64,000 nt of DNA from Gammaproteobacteria bacterium (GTDB lineage Bacteria > Pseudomonadota > Gammaproteobacteria > GCA-001735895). The stretch lies in contig JBNKUM010000101.1 in NCBI GenBank assembly GCA_050298595.1, forward strand, positions 32,001 through 96,000. The letters run 5' to 3'. Shown one piece after another: positions 30,083-39,845 of this stretch (positions are counted from its first letter, which is position 1; each line of letters opens with the position of its first letter). Both the position numbers and the translations under genes were made by a program. The notes below the pieces were generated by a model. That model saw only the letters and a program-made list of their open reading frames with translations. It did no database searches and was not told the DNA's origin.

Positions 30083-30646
30083 CTATTTATCAATTATGGA
30101 ATTATAAGCCTGGTGTAGACGAGTGCTAACCTCTAATACATCGAAAGTTGCAGCCTCTCCCTTGGCACCGCCTTGCATTATGTGAACATTAATGTCAAAG
30201 CGCTCATCTTTAGTTGTAGAAACTAAACCAAAGCTACTTCCTCCAGGACCAAAAAACGGTGTTGTAGTTTGTGAGCGGGAGCCCACATTTGGGAACCTCT
30301 TGGCTCGTTCAGCCAAAGGTGTTAAGAGCATTGAGCGTTCATATTCAGGGATATCTAAGAGTGTCCCTGCTGGGCCAACTTCAACCGCAACAGATAGGAT
30401 GTAATCAGGATCGCTGGCAGGAGGCTGATAGACGAATATATAAACTATTTTAGATCCTTCCAAATTAGTTGAAAGCTCACCAGACCCAATGATGGATTGA
30501 AAAAAATTTTTTGTAATAACTTTATTCCAAAGACTAACTTCTTCCGAATCGAAATTTTCACTGGAATTGCTCATCGCACATGATGACAGCATCAACAACA
30601 AAACCGTTACTTTGACAACCGATGATGTGATTTTGAAAAAATACAT
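30083..30646 (-). CDS. Hypothetical lipoprotein
   Basis: AGGAGG RBS; hydrophobic signal with LSSC lipobox. Confidence 0.7.
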   Translation of the reverse strand: MYFFKITSSVVKVTVLLLMLSSCAMSNSSENFDSEEVSLWNKVITKNFFQSIIGSGELSTNLEGSKIVYIFVYQPPASDPDYILSVAVEVGPAGTLLDIPEYERSMLLTPLAERAKRFPNVGSRSQTTTPFFGPGGSSFGLVSTTKDERFDINVHIMQGGAKGEAATFDVLEVSTRLHQAYNSIIDK

Positions 30647-30662
30647 TTATAGTTCCTCCTTA

Positions 30663-31427
30663 CATTATGCACTTCGTGTTCCGACTGAATAGCGATTTGA
30701 GCCTAATGAGTCTTTTATTAACTATTTTCCTGATATCCGACTCGTCAATCGAAATGCAGAGCATATCGTTCAATGGCTCACGTTTACTGGTCACAGCTCT
30801 AAACTGACTGACTGGCAATTTCGTCAACAGGTGGATGCCCTGAGATTGCTGTTTTCTCATTACTTGAAACAAGCCTGGGCCACGGATTTCGATTGGACCT
30901 TCTGGTTGAGAGGCGCTATTCGACTTGAAGACAACCATGCCTCGATAGCCTGAACCTATGAAATGATTGAAAAAGCCGTAGATGGCCCTGAAGGCTACTT
31001 TGCGCAAACATTTCCAGACATTTTCAGGCAATTTTTGGTAGCCGTTCGAGTTCCAGACTACGTTGCCAATACTGAAAAAAGTTATCTTGGTTGGATTAAT
31101 CGCTTCCTTCGTTATCATAATGGGTGTCATCCTTTCAAATTAGCCGAGCCCGAGGTAGCTGCCTTTTTAGAACATTTGGTGTTAAAACGCAAGGTTTCGG
31201 GATCAACCCAATCTCAAGCACTCAATGCAATTGTTTTCTTTTTTAACAAAGTTATCGAAAGACCGCCAGGTCAAATTGAAAGCTATCAACGCCCCAATCT
31301 TCCAAAAAGAATCCCTACAGTACTAAACCCAGAAGATATCGCTCCTTTATTTGCCTATATATCGGGATTAAATGGCTTGATGATTAAACTGATGTACGGC
31401 ACTGGAATGAGGGTCATTGCTAATTAA
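30663..31427 (+). pseudogene. intI: Integron integrase (long N-terminal type), inactivated and truncated
   Basis: One frame: DWQFRQQVDALRLLF...FDW; stops at 30690 and 30951; TEKSYLGWINRF..HP..EVAAFLEHL..STQSQALNAIVFFF..IPTVL..LMYGTGMR then ends, so most of the catalytic domain is missing. Confidence 0.85.
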
Positions 31428-31786
31428 AGACCCACCAATTGAAAAGCAAATTAATCTTAAGCTATTCAGCTACGGCTTCAGTCAAAAGATAGTGGTGTTA
31501 AGAAGAAATCCCTGATTTGTTTATCTGTATTGTGTTGTGTTCATTGAATGGTTTCTCAAGACAAAATGACCCTGCAACCTGTGATACAAGGTTGGAGCTT
31601 GAAAGAATTTTCAGGGGAGGAGTTATTTATCAGGAAAAATTTCAGCGCAACGTTTCACACCGTGCACCCAGTTTTTTCAGTTATTTTTCACTGTTGAGGT
31701 CAGTTTAGTAATTACTGCGATCTGACCCCGTTTTTCCACAATATTGCTTTTCAGTCCTGGCCATCGTGGAGAAGAACAAACTGCAA

Positions 31787-32434
31787 TTACATGTCAGCAG
31801 TATATCCATGCCGGTGAAAAAAACGTTGTAACTCCTGTGGTTTGGGGGCTACCCCGGTAAATGTTTTGACATATTCGGCAATACGCTTCATGCGCACAGC
31901 AAGGGGTTCTCTGGTTTGCATGGAGATATATCCAATCTGCACCAGGTAGATGGTACGGGCATGGACACCCGCCTCCATCTCACCATAGCCATAGCGTGTA
32001 AACATATTTTTCAGGGCCTGTAGGCGTTGTTTATCGGCCTTCTGCACTTCTTTCAGAATTTCCGCTGAGTGTAGTGCCCAGCTACGTATGGCAAATTCGA
32101 ACTTATCATCGAAGAGATCGCGATCCATCCAGCAGTCAAAGATATTCAGCGTCGCCTCGGTAATTGACTCAGAATAAGCCTCGGATTGCTTTACGATACT
32201 GCCGGTATTTTTTTCCTTCCAGGATACTAATAAAGCGCTTAACAGTGCTTCTCTATCAGTAAAGAACCAGTAAAAACTGGTGCGTGACAGCTTGAGCTTT
32301 TTTGCCAGGGTCGCGATTTTTACCGCCTCCACACCAGATTCCAGCAGAATCTCGATGGCTGCTTCAAACCAGACCTCAGGCGAACCACGCCAACCGGTTG
32401 AATTTTTTAATGGTCTCTTCATTCTCTTGTTCAT
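31787..32434 (-). CDS. TetR/AcrR family transcriptional regulator
   Basis: HTH GVEAVKIATLAKKLKLSRTSFYWFF; divergent from the flavoprotein gene. Confidence 0.9.
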   Translation of the reverse strand: MNKRMKRPLKNSTGWRGSPEVWFEAAIEILLESGVEAVKIATLAKKLKLSRTSFYWFFTDREALLSALLVSWKEKNTGSIVKQSEAYSESITEATLNIFDCWMDRDLFDDKFEFAIRSWALHSAEILKEVQKADKQRLQALKNMFTRYGYGEMEAGVHARTIYLVQIGYISMQTREPLAVRMKRIAEYVKTFTGVAPKPQELQRFFHRHGYTADM

Positions 32435-32475
32435 GCTTAATCCGTAACCAAATAGTATATAAGCGTCAACCAGGA

Positions 32476-32510
32476 GTACAGAAATGTATTTTAAATTGAC
32501 ACCACTGTAC
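32476..32510. promoter_or_regulatory. Putative TetR operator overlapping a TTGACA -35 box
   Basis: GTACAG..TGT ... ACA..CTGTAC inverted repeat between the divergent genes. Confidence 0.5.
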
Positions 32511-32574
32511 ACTATGTTTTAGGGTAAGCATAAATTGCCATTCAGGCAGGTCCTAACTAAATCGGAACGTAATC

Positions 32575-34611
32575 ATGTCTAGCGATCCTCTGTTACAACC
32601 TTATCAGCTCAAGCACTTAAAGCTTCGAAACCGCATTATCGTCACCTCTCACGAACCGGCTTACCCGGAAGATGGTATGCCTAAGGGGCGTTACCGTGCT
32701 TACCACGTTGAACGTGCAAAAGGGGGTATCGCCATGACCATGACCGCAGGTTCAGCCGCTGTGTCGAAAGACAGTCCGCCGGTGTTTAACAATCTGCTGG
32801 TTTATAAAGATGAAGTCGTACCCTATATGAAGGATCTGACCGACGCGGTGCATGAACAGGGCGCTGCGATCATGATCCAGCTAACACATCTGGGGCGGCG
32901 TACACGCTGGGACAAGAGTAACTGGTTGCCGGTGGTATCACCGTCTCACAACCGAGAGGCTGCGCACCGTGCCTTTCCGAAAAAGATGGAAGACTGGGAT
33001 ATCGAGCGCATTATTAAGGATTACGCTGACGCTGCTGAACGCATGCAGGCGGGCGGTATGGATGGTATCGAGCTGCAGGCCTATGGTCATCTTATGGATC
33101 AGTTCTGGTCACCTTTGACCAATGAGCTGGAAGGGCCCTATGGCGGTTCGCTGGATAATCGATTACGTTTTACCTTTGATGTGCTGACCGAAATCCGTAA
33201 ACGTGTCGGCCCCGATTTTATTGTGGGTCTGCGTTATACGGGTGACGAGATGCTTGAGCACGGCCTGAATCAGCAGGATGGGCTGGAAATTTCCCGACGC
33301 CTGAAAGAAAGTGGCATGGTCGATTTCCTCAATGTAGTACGTGGTCATATCGACACCGATGCTGCCTTAACCGACATCATTCCGATTCAGGGGATGGCCA
33401 ATAATCCGCATCTGGATTTCGCGGGTGAAATACGCGCTGCAGTGAATTTTCCGGTGTTTCATGCCGCGAAAATTCCGGATGTCGCGACCGCGCGTTATGC
33501 AATTGAATCAGGTAAGGTTGACCTGGTCGGGATGACACGTGCACATATCGCCGATCCGCATCTGGTGCGCAAGATTATGGAAAAGCGAGAGGAGGAAATT
33601 CGCCCTTGCGTTGGCGCAAACTACTGCCTGGATCGTATCTACCAGGGAGGTTCAGCCTACTGCATCCATAATGCGGCCACCGGCCGTGAAGAAACCATGC
33701 CGCATGAAATCCCTAAGGCAAGCGAGCGTAAAAAAGTCGTCATTGTCGGCGCTGGACCTGGCGGTCTGGAGGCCGCTCGGGTCGCGGGTGAACGTGGCCA
33801 CGATGTACTGGTTTTCGAAGCAGCAAAAGACCCGGGGGGGCAGGTGCGCCTGACTTCACAGAACGAACGCCGCAAGGAGATGATTTCCATCATCGATTGG
33901 CGCATGGCCCAGTGTGAGAAACTTGGCGTGCGTTTCGAGTTTTATACCTTTGCTGAAATGGATACTGTATTAGCTGAAAATGCCGATGTCGTTGTCATTG
34001 CCACCGGAGGACTACCGCATACCGAGGTACTGGCTAAAGGCAATGAGCATGTTATTTCTACCTGGGACATAATTTCCGGCGATGAAAAGCCGGGCAAAAA
34101 TGTACTGATTTTTGATGACGCCGGTGACCATGCTGGTTTGCAGGCGGCAGAAGTCATTGCAAAAAACGGTGGCAGAGTGGAAATTATGTCACCGGACCGC
34201 TCGTTTGCGCCGGAAGTTATGGGTATGAACCTGGTGCCTTATATGCGCTCGCTACAAAAGCTGGATACCATCTTCACCGTGACCTATCGTCTACATGCGG
34301 TTGAAAAGCAGGGCGCGGATTTAATCGCCCAAATAGGCAGTGATTATGGTGGTATCGAGCAGCAACGCGTTTACGATCAAATCATTGTCAACCACGGCGT
34401 GATTCCGCTCGATGACCTGTATTTCGAACTGAAACCCCAATCGTCAAACCATGGCGAGATATCACATGATCAACTGCTTGAAGGCCAGGTTCAGTCAGTC
34501 GTGCGTAATCCTGAAGGCAGCTTTCAATTGTTCCGTATCGGTGATGCCGTTGCCACACGCAACACCCATGCGGCGATCTACGACGCATTGCGCCTGATGA
34601 AGGATATCTAA
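32575..34611 (+). CDS. Old-yellow-enzyme family NADH:flavin oxidoreductase, N-methylproline demethylase-like (stachydrine catabolism)
   Basis: SDPLLQPYQLKHL, TSHEPAY, CVGANYC..C Fe-S motif, GAGPGG FAD motif. Confidence 0.82.
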   Translation: MSSDPLLQPYQLKHLKLRNRIIVTSHEPAYPEDGMPKGRYRAYHVERAKGGIAMTMTAGSAAVSKDSPPVFNNLLVYKDEVVPYMKDLTDAVHEQGAAIMIQLTHLGRRTRWDKSNWLPVVSPSHNREAAHRAFPKKMEDWDIERIIKDYADAAERMQAGGMDGIELQAYGHLMDQFWSPLTNELEGPYGGSLDNRLRFTFDVLTEIRKRVGPDFIVGLRYTGDEMLEHGLNQQDGLEISRRLKESGMVDFLNVVRGHIDTDAALTDIIPIQGMANNPHLDFAGEIRAAVNFPVFHAAKIPDVATARYAIESGKVDLVGMTRAHIADPHLVRKIMEKREEEIRPCVGANYCLDRIYQGGSAYCIHNAATGREETMPHEIPKASERKKVVIVGAGPGGLEAARVAGERGHDVLVFEAAKDPGGQVRLTSQNERRKEMISIIDWRMAQCEKLGVRFEFYTFAEMDTVLAENADVVVIATGGLPHTEVLAKGNEHVISTWDIISGDEKPGKNVLIFDDAGDHAGLQAAEVIAKNGGRVEIMSPDRSFAPEVMGMNLVPYMRSLQKLDTIFTVTYRLHAVEKQGADLIAQIGSDYGGIEQQRVYDQIIVNHGVIPLDDLYFELKPQSSNHGEISHDQLLEGQVQSVVRNPEGSFQLFRIGDAVATRNTHAAIYDALRLMKDI

Positions 34612-34680
34612 GCCAGTGGGGGCTCTATGAGTTATTTAGGTCCGATCCGGTATAAGCATGTTCAACTGCGGATTACAGGT

Positions 34681-36138
34681 TCAAACACGAGCTTCCCCCA
34701 ATAGTGGCGGAGGAACATAGCCGCCACAAATAGGCTCAATCATCGAACAGACTGACAGCAGCGATTCGTCCCGCCAACGCTTACCGATGAACTGGAAACC
34801 TACAGGCAAGCCATCTTCAATACCGGCGGGCAGAACCACCACCGGGTTGCCGGTCAATGAAAAGGGCGTCACCATGCTCACCGTAGCTTCTAGATAGGGA
34901 ACAGGACGATCATCAACGATCAGGGCTGGTGGTTTTCTGAAGCCGTCGAACCGGCAATGAGGATAGGCCACGATGGGTGCTACTGGGCAGAGCCAGGCAT
35001 CCCAGTCCCCAAGGAATTGTTCCAACTCGCCAATCAACTGCTCCCGCAGGTTGAGAGCCTCGTTGTAGCGATGCCAATCAAAGGATAGACCACGCAGAAA
35101 ATTGCGGGCGACAGGTTGCGAAGAGGGGGTGAACTTCCCTGCCAGGGAAAGCATCTTGCGCTGAAGCGTTGGCATACCCAGGCCAATTTCTGCACCGCCG
35201 ATGATGCCGTAAGCGTACCATGCACGTTCGAAATCGAAATTTGGCGGATGACAACGCTCAACCTCAACCCCGTGCCGCTTCAGATTTTCCACGGTACGGG
35301 TCAGTGCTTTGCGGGTACGTTGGCACAGTGGCAGGCCACAGAAGTCATCCCACCAGGCGATCCGCAAAGGGCGTTGAACTTCAGCGGGAGTAAGAACTGG
35401 CAAGGGCGGCACTTCACTGTCTACCCCATCCGGTCCAGCCATGATGTTTAACCCAAGTTGCAGATCATCAACGTACCGTGCCAGCAGTCCAAAGGAAAGC
35501 ATGTGGCGTACACTACGCGAACCCTCGGGTAGATGAGGAATGTGGCCGGTGCGGGGGATGCGGTTTTCCGTTGCCTTCAGCCCAGCTACGCCACAATAGG
35601 CGGCAGGGATGCGGATCGAGCCGCCGATGTCACTACAGGTATCCAGAAAGGAAAACCCCATGGCGACAGCCGCTGCACTGCCGCCGGAACTGCCTCCTGA
35701 GGTGAGAGACTGATTCCACGGATTATTGGTTGTCCCAAAAAGGGGACTCCAGCATTGAGGACTGGCTGCTAATTCCGGCAAGTTGGTTTTACCCAGAACA
35801 ATGGCCCCGACAGCCTTGAGCCGGGCCACCACGGTGGCATCCTTGGCCGGGACATGATTGCTCAGGGGGGGATGGCTGCTGGTGGTGCGCAACCCCGCCG
35901 TTTCAAAAGCATCCTTGATTGAAACGGGGATGCCGTGCAGTGGAGGTAGGTTTTCAGTTTTCCTCAAGGTGTCGGCCTGTTGTGCCGCTGCCAGAGCGCC
36001 TGCCTCGTCCAGGGTTACAACGGCATTAATTGCCGGATTATGTCGATTGATACTTGCCAGGCAGGATTCAACGATTTCTGTGGCGGAGATTTCGCCGCAG
36101 GCAATCTTTTTGGTGGTTTGGCGAGCGGAATCGTGCAT
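34681..36138 (-). CDS. Amidase-signature family protein
   Basis: GIPVSIKD, GKTN, GGSSGGSAAAVA, SDIGGSIRIPA. Confidence 0.92.
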   Translation of the reverse strand: MHDSARQTTKKIACGEISATEIVESCLASINRHNPAINAVVTLDEAGALAAAQQADTLRKTENLPPLHGIPVSIKDAFETAGLRTTSSHPPLSNHVPAKDATVVARLKAVGAIVLGKTNLPELAASPQCWSPLFGTTNNPWNQSLTSGGSSGGSAAAVAMGFSFLDTCSDIGGSIRIPAAYCGVAGLKATENRIPRTGHIPHLPEGSRSVRHMLSFGLLARYVDDLQLGLNIMAGPDGVDSEVPPLPVLTPAEVQRPLRIAWWDDFCGLPLCQRTRKALTRTVENLKRHGVEVERCHPPNFDFERAWYAYGIIGGAEIGLGMPTLQRKMLSLAGKFTPSSQPVARNFLRGLSFDWHRYNEALNLREQLIGELEQFLGDWDAWLCPVAPIVAYPHCRFDGFRKPPALIVDDRPVPYLEATVSMVTPFSLTGNPVVVLPAGIEDGLPVGFQFIGKRWRDESLLSVCSMIEPICGGYVPPPLLGEARV

Positions 36139-36403
36139 GTTAGTGAGTGCCCCTAACATTTTAATTATGTGAAAAGTAGAGGTGTTTAAAACCCTCAAAT
36201 TGAGTCCTGGCACGCAAATGTAAGTATTGATTTTCCTTGTCTATTTCCATTGTGTTCTCAATTTTTCCCTGAAAATTAATAGTTTAATTTGAGATATTGC
36301 TTCTTATACCATAGTTTTGATTTTGGAGAAATAACGCTATTTTCCACCTATCCCGCAAACTGCTAACTTCGGTGATCAAGGGGACAAGAGTACTTAATGC
36401 TTG

Positions 36404-36504
36404 AACCTGGATTCCGAAGTTGACCGCTCGCGTTAGAGGGTAACCCACTGTTTCGTAGACCATTACCATAGATTTATCTTTTCACGATCCTATGCATCGG
36501 CTCT
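36404..36504. repeat. Partial inverted copy of the right end of the 28758-29193 element
   Basis: Reverse complement shares GAGC(C/T)GATGCATAGGA.CGTGAA.AGATAAA...CTACGAAACAGTGGGTTACC...GCGGTCAACT.CGGAATC..GGTTCAA with 29095-29196. Confidence 0.85.
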
Positions 36505-36589
36505 TTGCACCGCAAAATACGAATGTCTGCTATCAAACCAAATCAGAACGATTTTCTGAAACTGTCAGATGTCTTCCGGGTTATGCAAT
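36505..36589. repeat. About 85-bp dispersed repeat; inverted copy at 48036-48119
   Basis: TTGCACCGCA..A.ACGAATGTCTGCT.TCA...ATCAGAAC.A.TTTCTGAAACTG.CAGATGTC.TCCG...TTATGCAAT shared. Confidence 0.85.
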
Positions 36590-36667
36590 GAGTTTAGCTT
36601 ACCCAGAATTCGGATGAATTTTGTCAAAGCTTTTCTGCTACTCAATTTTTCTGGTTGTTTACTCCAG

Positions 36668-37186
36668 TTATTTATGAGCTATCATTTCTTCAAGTTTGTT
36701 TACTGTATTTAGATTGCGCCCGGTAGAGCTAACACCCAAACAGTCTTCTATCGTTTTAACCAGCTTAGATCGACCTATGCCATCAGGCGCATGTAGATAG
36801 AATACTTTATCACTAATCTCATAGCGTTCCGTATCAGAAGCCAGCCGCTCCAGTTTGCTGGTATTCAATTTTGGGGTTTCCATACAAAAATAAAAATGTA
36901 CAAATTTTCCCTCGTATTCTTTATAGGGGTTATTCGCAACTGCTGACTTCAATTCTTCTTCAGATAGAATCAGTATCTCTGGAGTAAATCCAAATTCCCT
37001 GTGAATTAATTCCCCAATTACATTTTCAGGTCTCTCATTTGCCATTAATACAATGTTGCCACTTTGAATATAAGTTTTAACATTTTGAAAGCTATTGCTT
37101 TCTAACAGAGCCCTGAGTTCTTTCATTGGAAGTAAGTTTTTACCCCCAACATTTACGCCTCTTAATAAAATAATGTATGTTTTCAT
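36668..37186 (-). CDS. DUF1697 family protein
   Basis: LLRGVNVGGKN, TYIQSGN, TGRNLNTV. Confidence 0.88.
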   Translation of the reverse strand: MKTYIILLRGVNVGGKNLLPMKELRALLESNSFQNVKTYIQSGNIVLMANERPENVIGELIHREFGFTPEILILSEEELKSAVANNPYKEYEGKFVHFYFCMETPKLNTSKLERLASDTERYEISDKVFYLHAPDGIGRSKLVKTIEDCLGVSSTGRNLNTVNKLEEMIAHK

Positions 37187-37190
37187 GAAT

Positions 37191-37754
37191 TTATCTATTT
37201 TTGTTGTAAACCCCAAAATCCCAGTGTTTTGAACCTGGGCTTTTGGGGCCAGACCAGGTGTTTTTTCTAAGCTCATTTGCCAGCATTCGGTTGAACACAC
37301 CATGACCTACAAAGATGACCTTTTCAGATTCATTAGCCAATTCTATAAGTATTTTGGCAGCTTTAGCTGCTCTATTTTTTGCTTCACTAAATGATTCTGA
37401 GTTTTTTGAATAACCAAGTAACCAAAGAATTCTAAAAAATACAGACCAAAACTTGGGTGATAATTTCAAACTATGCCAGTTAGTGGAGGGAAGACCGGCT
37501 TCATTAAAAACTGAACTTGATAAAATCAATTTTTCAACATCTAGTGCGTTAGCTGAGTCGATAGATCGTTGTAGTTTACTACATACGATGGCTTTACTAT
37601 CTCTAGCGCAAGCCAATGCTTCAGGCGTTGGTTTTGATGACGCGGATAATGCAGCGGCATTATAATCCTGAATCCACATAGTGAAGGCTGAAGCACTCAA
37701 CTTGTGTAACGATGGGATATCAGGTTTTCCGTGTCTTAGCAGTGTGATTTCCAT
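37191..37754 (-). CDS. Histidine phosphatase (phosphoglycerate mutase-like) family protein
   Basis: LLRHGKP, S.LQRS, FNE, VGHG. Confidence 0.85.
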   Translation of the reverse strand: MEITLLRHGKPDIPSLHKLSASAFTMWIQDYNAAALSASSKPTPEALACARDSKAIVCSKLQRSIDSANALDVEKLILSSSVFNEAGLPSTNWHSLKLSPKFWSVFFRILWLLGYSKNSESFSEAKNRAAKAAKILIELANESEKVIFVGHGVFNRMLANELRKNTWSGPKSPGSKHWDFGVYNKNR

Positions 37755-37898
37755 TTTGTGTTTTTTATATGAGGTTTAAATATGAGGTGCTCAGAAGCTA
37801 GTAGTTTATCATTCTACGTATTTTGCATGCGACATATCCTTATGTTGGTATATCGCCACTAGGATATACTCACTAATGATGTTAGAAACAATGATGTT

Positions 37899-38177
37899 TT
37901 AGATCTCTGGAGCCTCCTCACCAAAGTTTTTATTTAGATGATAAAAAAGCCTGGGTAGATATAAACTTCCATTTGCAATAAGTAATGGGCTTTGTGGGTG
38001 TTTACCTGAGTGAGAACCAACATCTACACCTTGAATAGAGAATCCTTTATCAACACTCCAAACCAATGCCTTTTCAGCATGAGGCTTATCATAGTTTATT
38101 TGGTAACTAACCACCTGATCTTTATCTACCCATACCAAGACATCCATGCTTGAACCCTGAATCGGCGAGTTAGTCAA
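37899..38177 (-). pseudogene. Probable fragment of a hypothetical gene
   Basis: 92-aa protein-like ORF (FQ/YQINYDK...E.AL.W...G) without a clear start context. Confidence 0.35.
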
Positions 38178-38252
38178 CTAGTTGCCAGAATTTAGCTAAT
38201 TTTTCCGATGCTAATCGATAACCCTCAAAATCAAGTTTACAAAACCTTGATA

Positions 38253-38873
38253 CTACATGTCTTCTACAAATTGATCGTAGCCTAAATAGATGTGATTGTT
38301 AGGTCTTACCCAGGAAGAGAGTTGATTGCGGCCTTCTGCAACAAAAGCCCGATAGTTAGTCTGTGCCTTACTGCGTGTTTTTCCCAGTATCGACAATAAC
38401 CAGTCTGTCGTTAAACAGGGATGAGTTTCAGTGTGGCCAGCGGTTGCACGATAACTACTCCAGGGCCATTCTTTTGCACTGCTTACCATTTGAGCCCTTA
38501 CCGGGTTAAGAACGATGTGGCGTGTTAATTCCAGTAAATGGCTTTCTGTTTCGACCTGTATGGCTTCATAAGGGACCTGAAAAACATATCCAAAGCGTTG
38601 ATTCATCTTGTTAAAAGATTGCGTGTAGGAGCCATTGAGATATTTCATTCCTTCAGACAGGCTTACTTTGCTGGCTTCAATTAGAAGGTGATAATGATTA
38701 TCCATCAGGCAATAGACGTGACAACACCAGTCATATCGACTGACAGCCTGACTTAGTAGATTAAGAAACCTTATTCGATTAGCATCATTTAGGAAAATGT
38801 CGCGCTGAGCGATACCACGTGAGGTGATATGGTATAAAGCACCCGGAAACTCAATTCGTAGAGGTCTGTCCAT
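38253..38873 (-). mobile_element. Y1 (IS200-like/RAYT) transposase, C-terminally truncated
   Basis: MDRPLRIEFPGALYHITSRG, YCLMDNHYHLL (HUH), LNPVRA, WPWSSY; stops at IYLGYDQFVEDM, lacking the HTH tail. Confidence 0.85.
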
Positions 38874-39001
38874 TTTCTTATCTTCTGACTTAAAAAATTA
38901 AGATAAGTGGTAAATCCAAAAACATGGCTAAATATGTAAATACTGGCCCTGATGTTCTGTAAATATCATTCATTACTTTCTTTCCATGTGATTTTTTATT
39001 T

Positions 39002-39340
39002 TCATTTTTGATCCAGTAAACTTGATTGCGTCAGACCATTTATTTTCTGAGAATGTTCAATAGCGTCTTCTACAGAGTTTCTACTTTGAGATATTTGGTC
39101 AACTAGAAAAAAGGAAGCAACATTTAAAAATATGACTGGCAATAATAAGGCGATAGGTATTTCTAACCACGCCATTGATCGGTTTTTTAGTAGCAATACT
39201 AAACAATATATAACCATAGCAATTGCTGTGATTAATAACGCAATCACGGCTAGAGACGAAATCAAAACTAATGGTAGTCTATAGGGATCAACCTGCGCGC
39301 TATCTAATAGCGAAATTGCAGTTGATATTAATAATAGCAA
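39002..39340 (-). CDS. Small hypothetical membrane protein (start uncertain)
   Basis: Several hydrophobic segments. Confidence 0.45.
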   Translation of the reverse strand: MLLLISTAISLLDSAQVDPYRLPLVLISSLAVIALLITAIAMVIYCLVLLLKNRSMAWLEIPIALLLPVIFLNVASFFLVDQISQSRNSVEDAIEHSQKINGLTQSSLLDQK

Positions 39341-39845
39341 TCCCCAACCACAGGCAAAGACTATTATCGTTCCGTACCCTAGAGTATTTAATGTGCGGGT
39401 ATTAATTTGGTTATTCTCCTGATAGTTTATTTTGTGTTTAGCACAAAAAATGTGATCTGACTGTCACGAGGAGAGGGCTTATATTTGACACAATAAGATA
39501 TAAGTTTGACCCCATTATTAGTGCAACCACTACGAAGTATAATATTCACAGTAGAAATTTAGATGATAGTCAGCCATCTTACAATTAGTAAAACAGCGTA
39601 GGCAGGAAAACCATATAAGCTTTTTAGCGTACGATACTCATAGTTATCTCTACTATCTCCCTTGGTAAACCATAGCTATTCATTTTTTTATATCTTAGTT
39701 CTTCAGAGGCAGAGCTTACCTTTGTATTTTGAATGTAAATATCGAAATAGCACAGCCTCATCAACATGCGGCTAAAAATCTATACTAATGTTTTTTAAAG
39801 AGAACCAAATCTAGATTTAGCTATATCCCGATATTAATCATAACT

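Noticed and set aside
30660-31130. 156-aa minus-strand ORF
   Set aside because: Antisense shadow of the intI pseudogene
39440-39840. attR duplicate of the tRNA-Pro 3' end closing the island
   Set aside because: No copy of TCCTCTCACCCCGACCA seen; only short TGACCCC-type motifs
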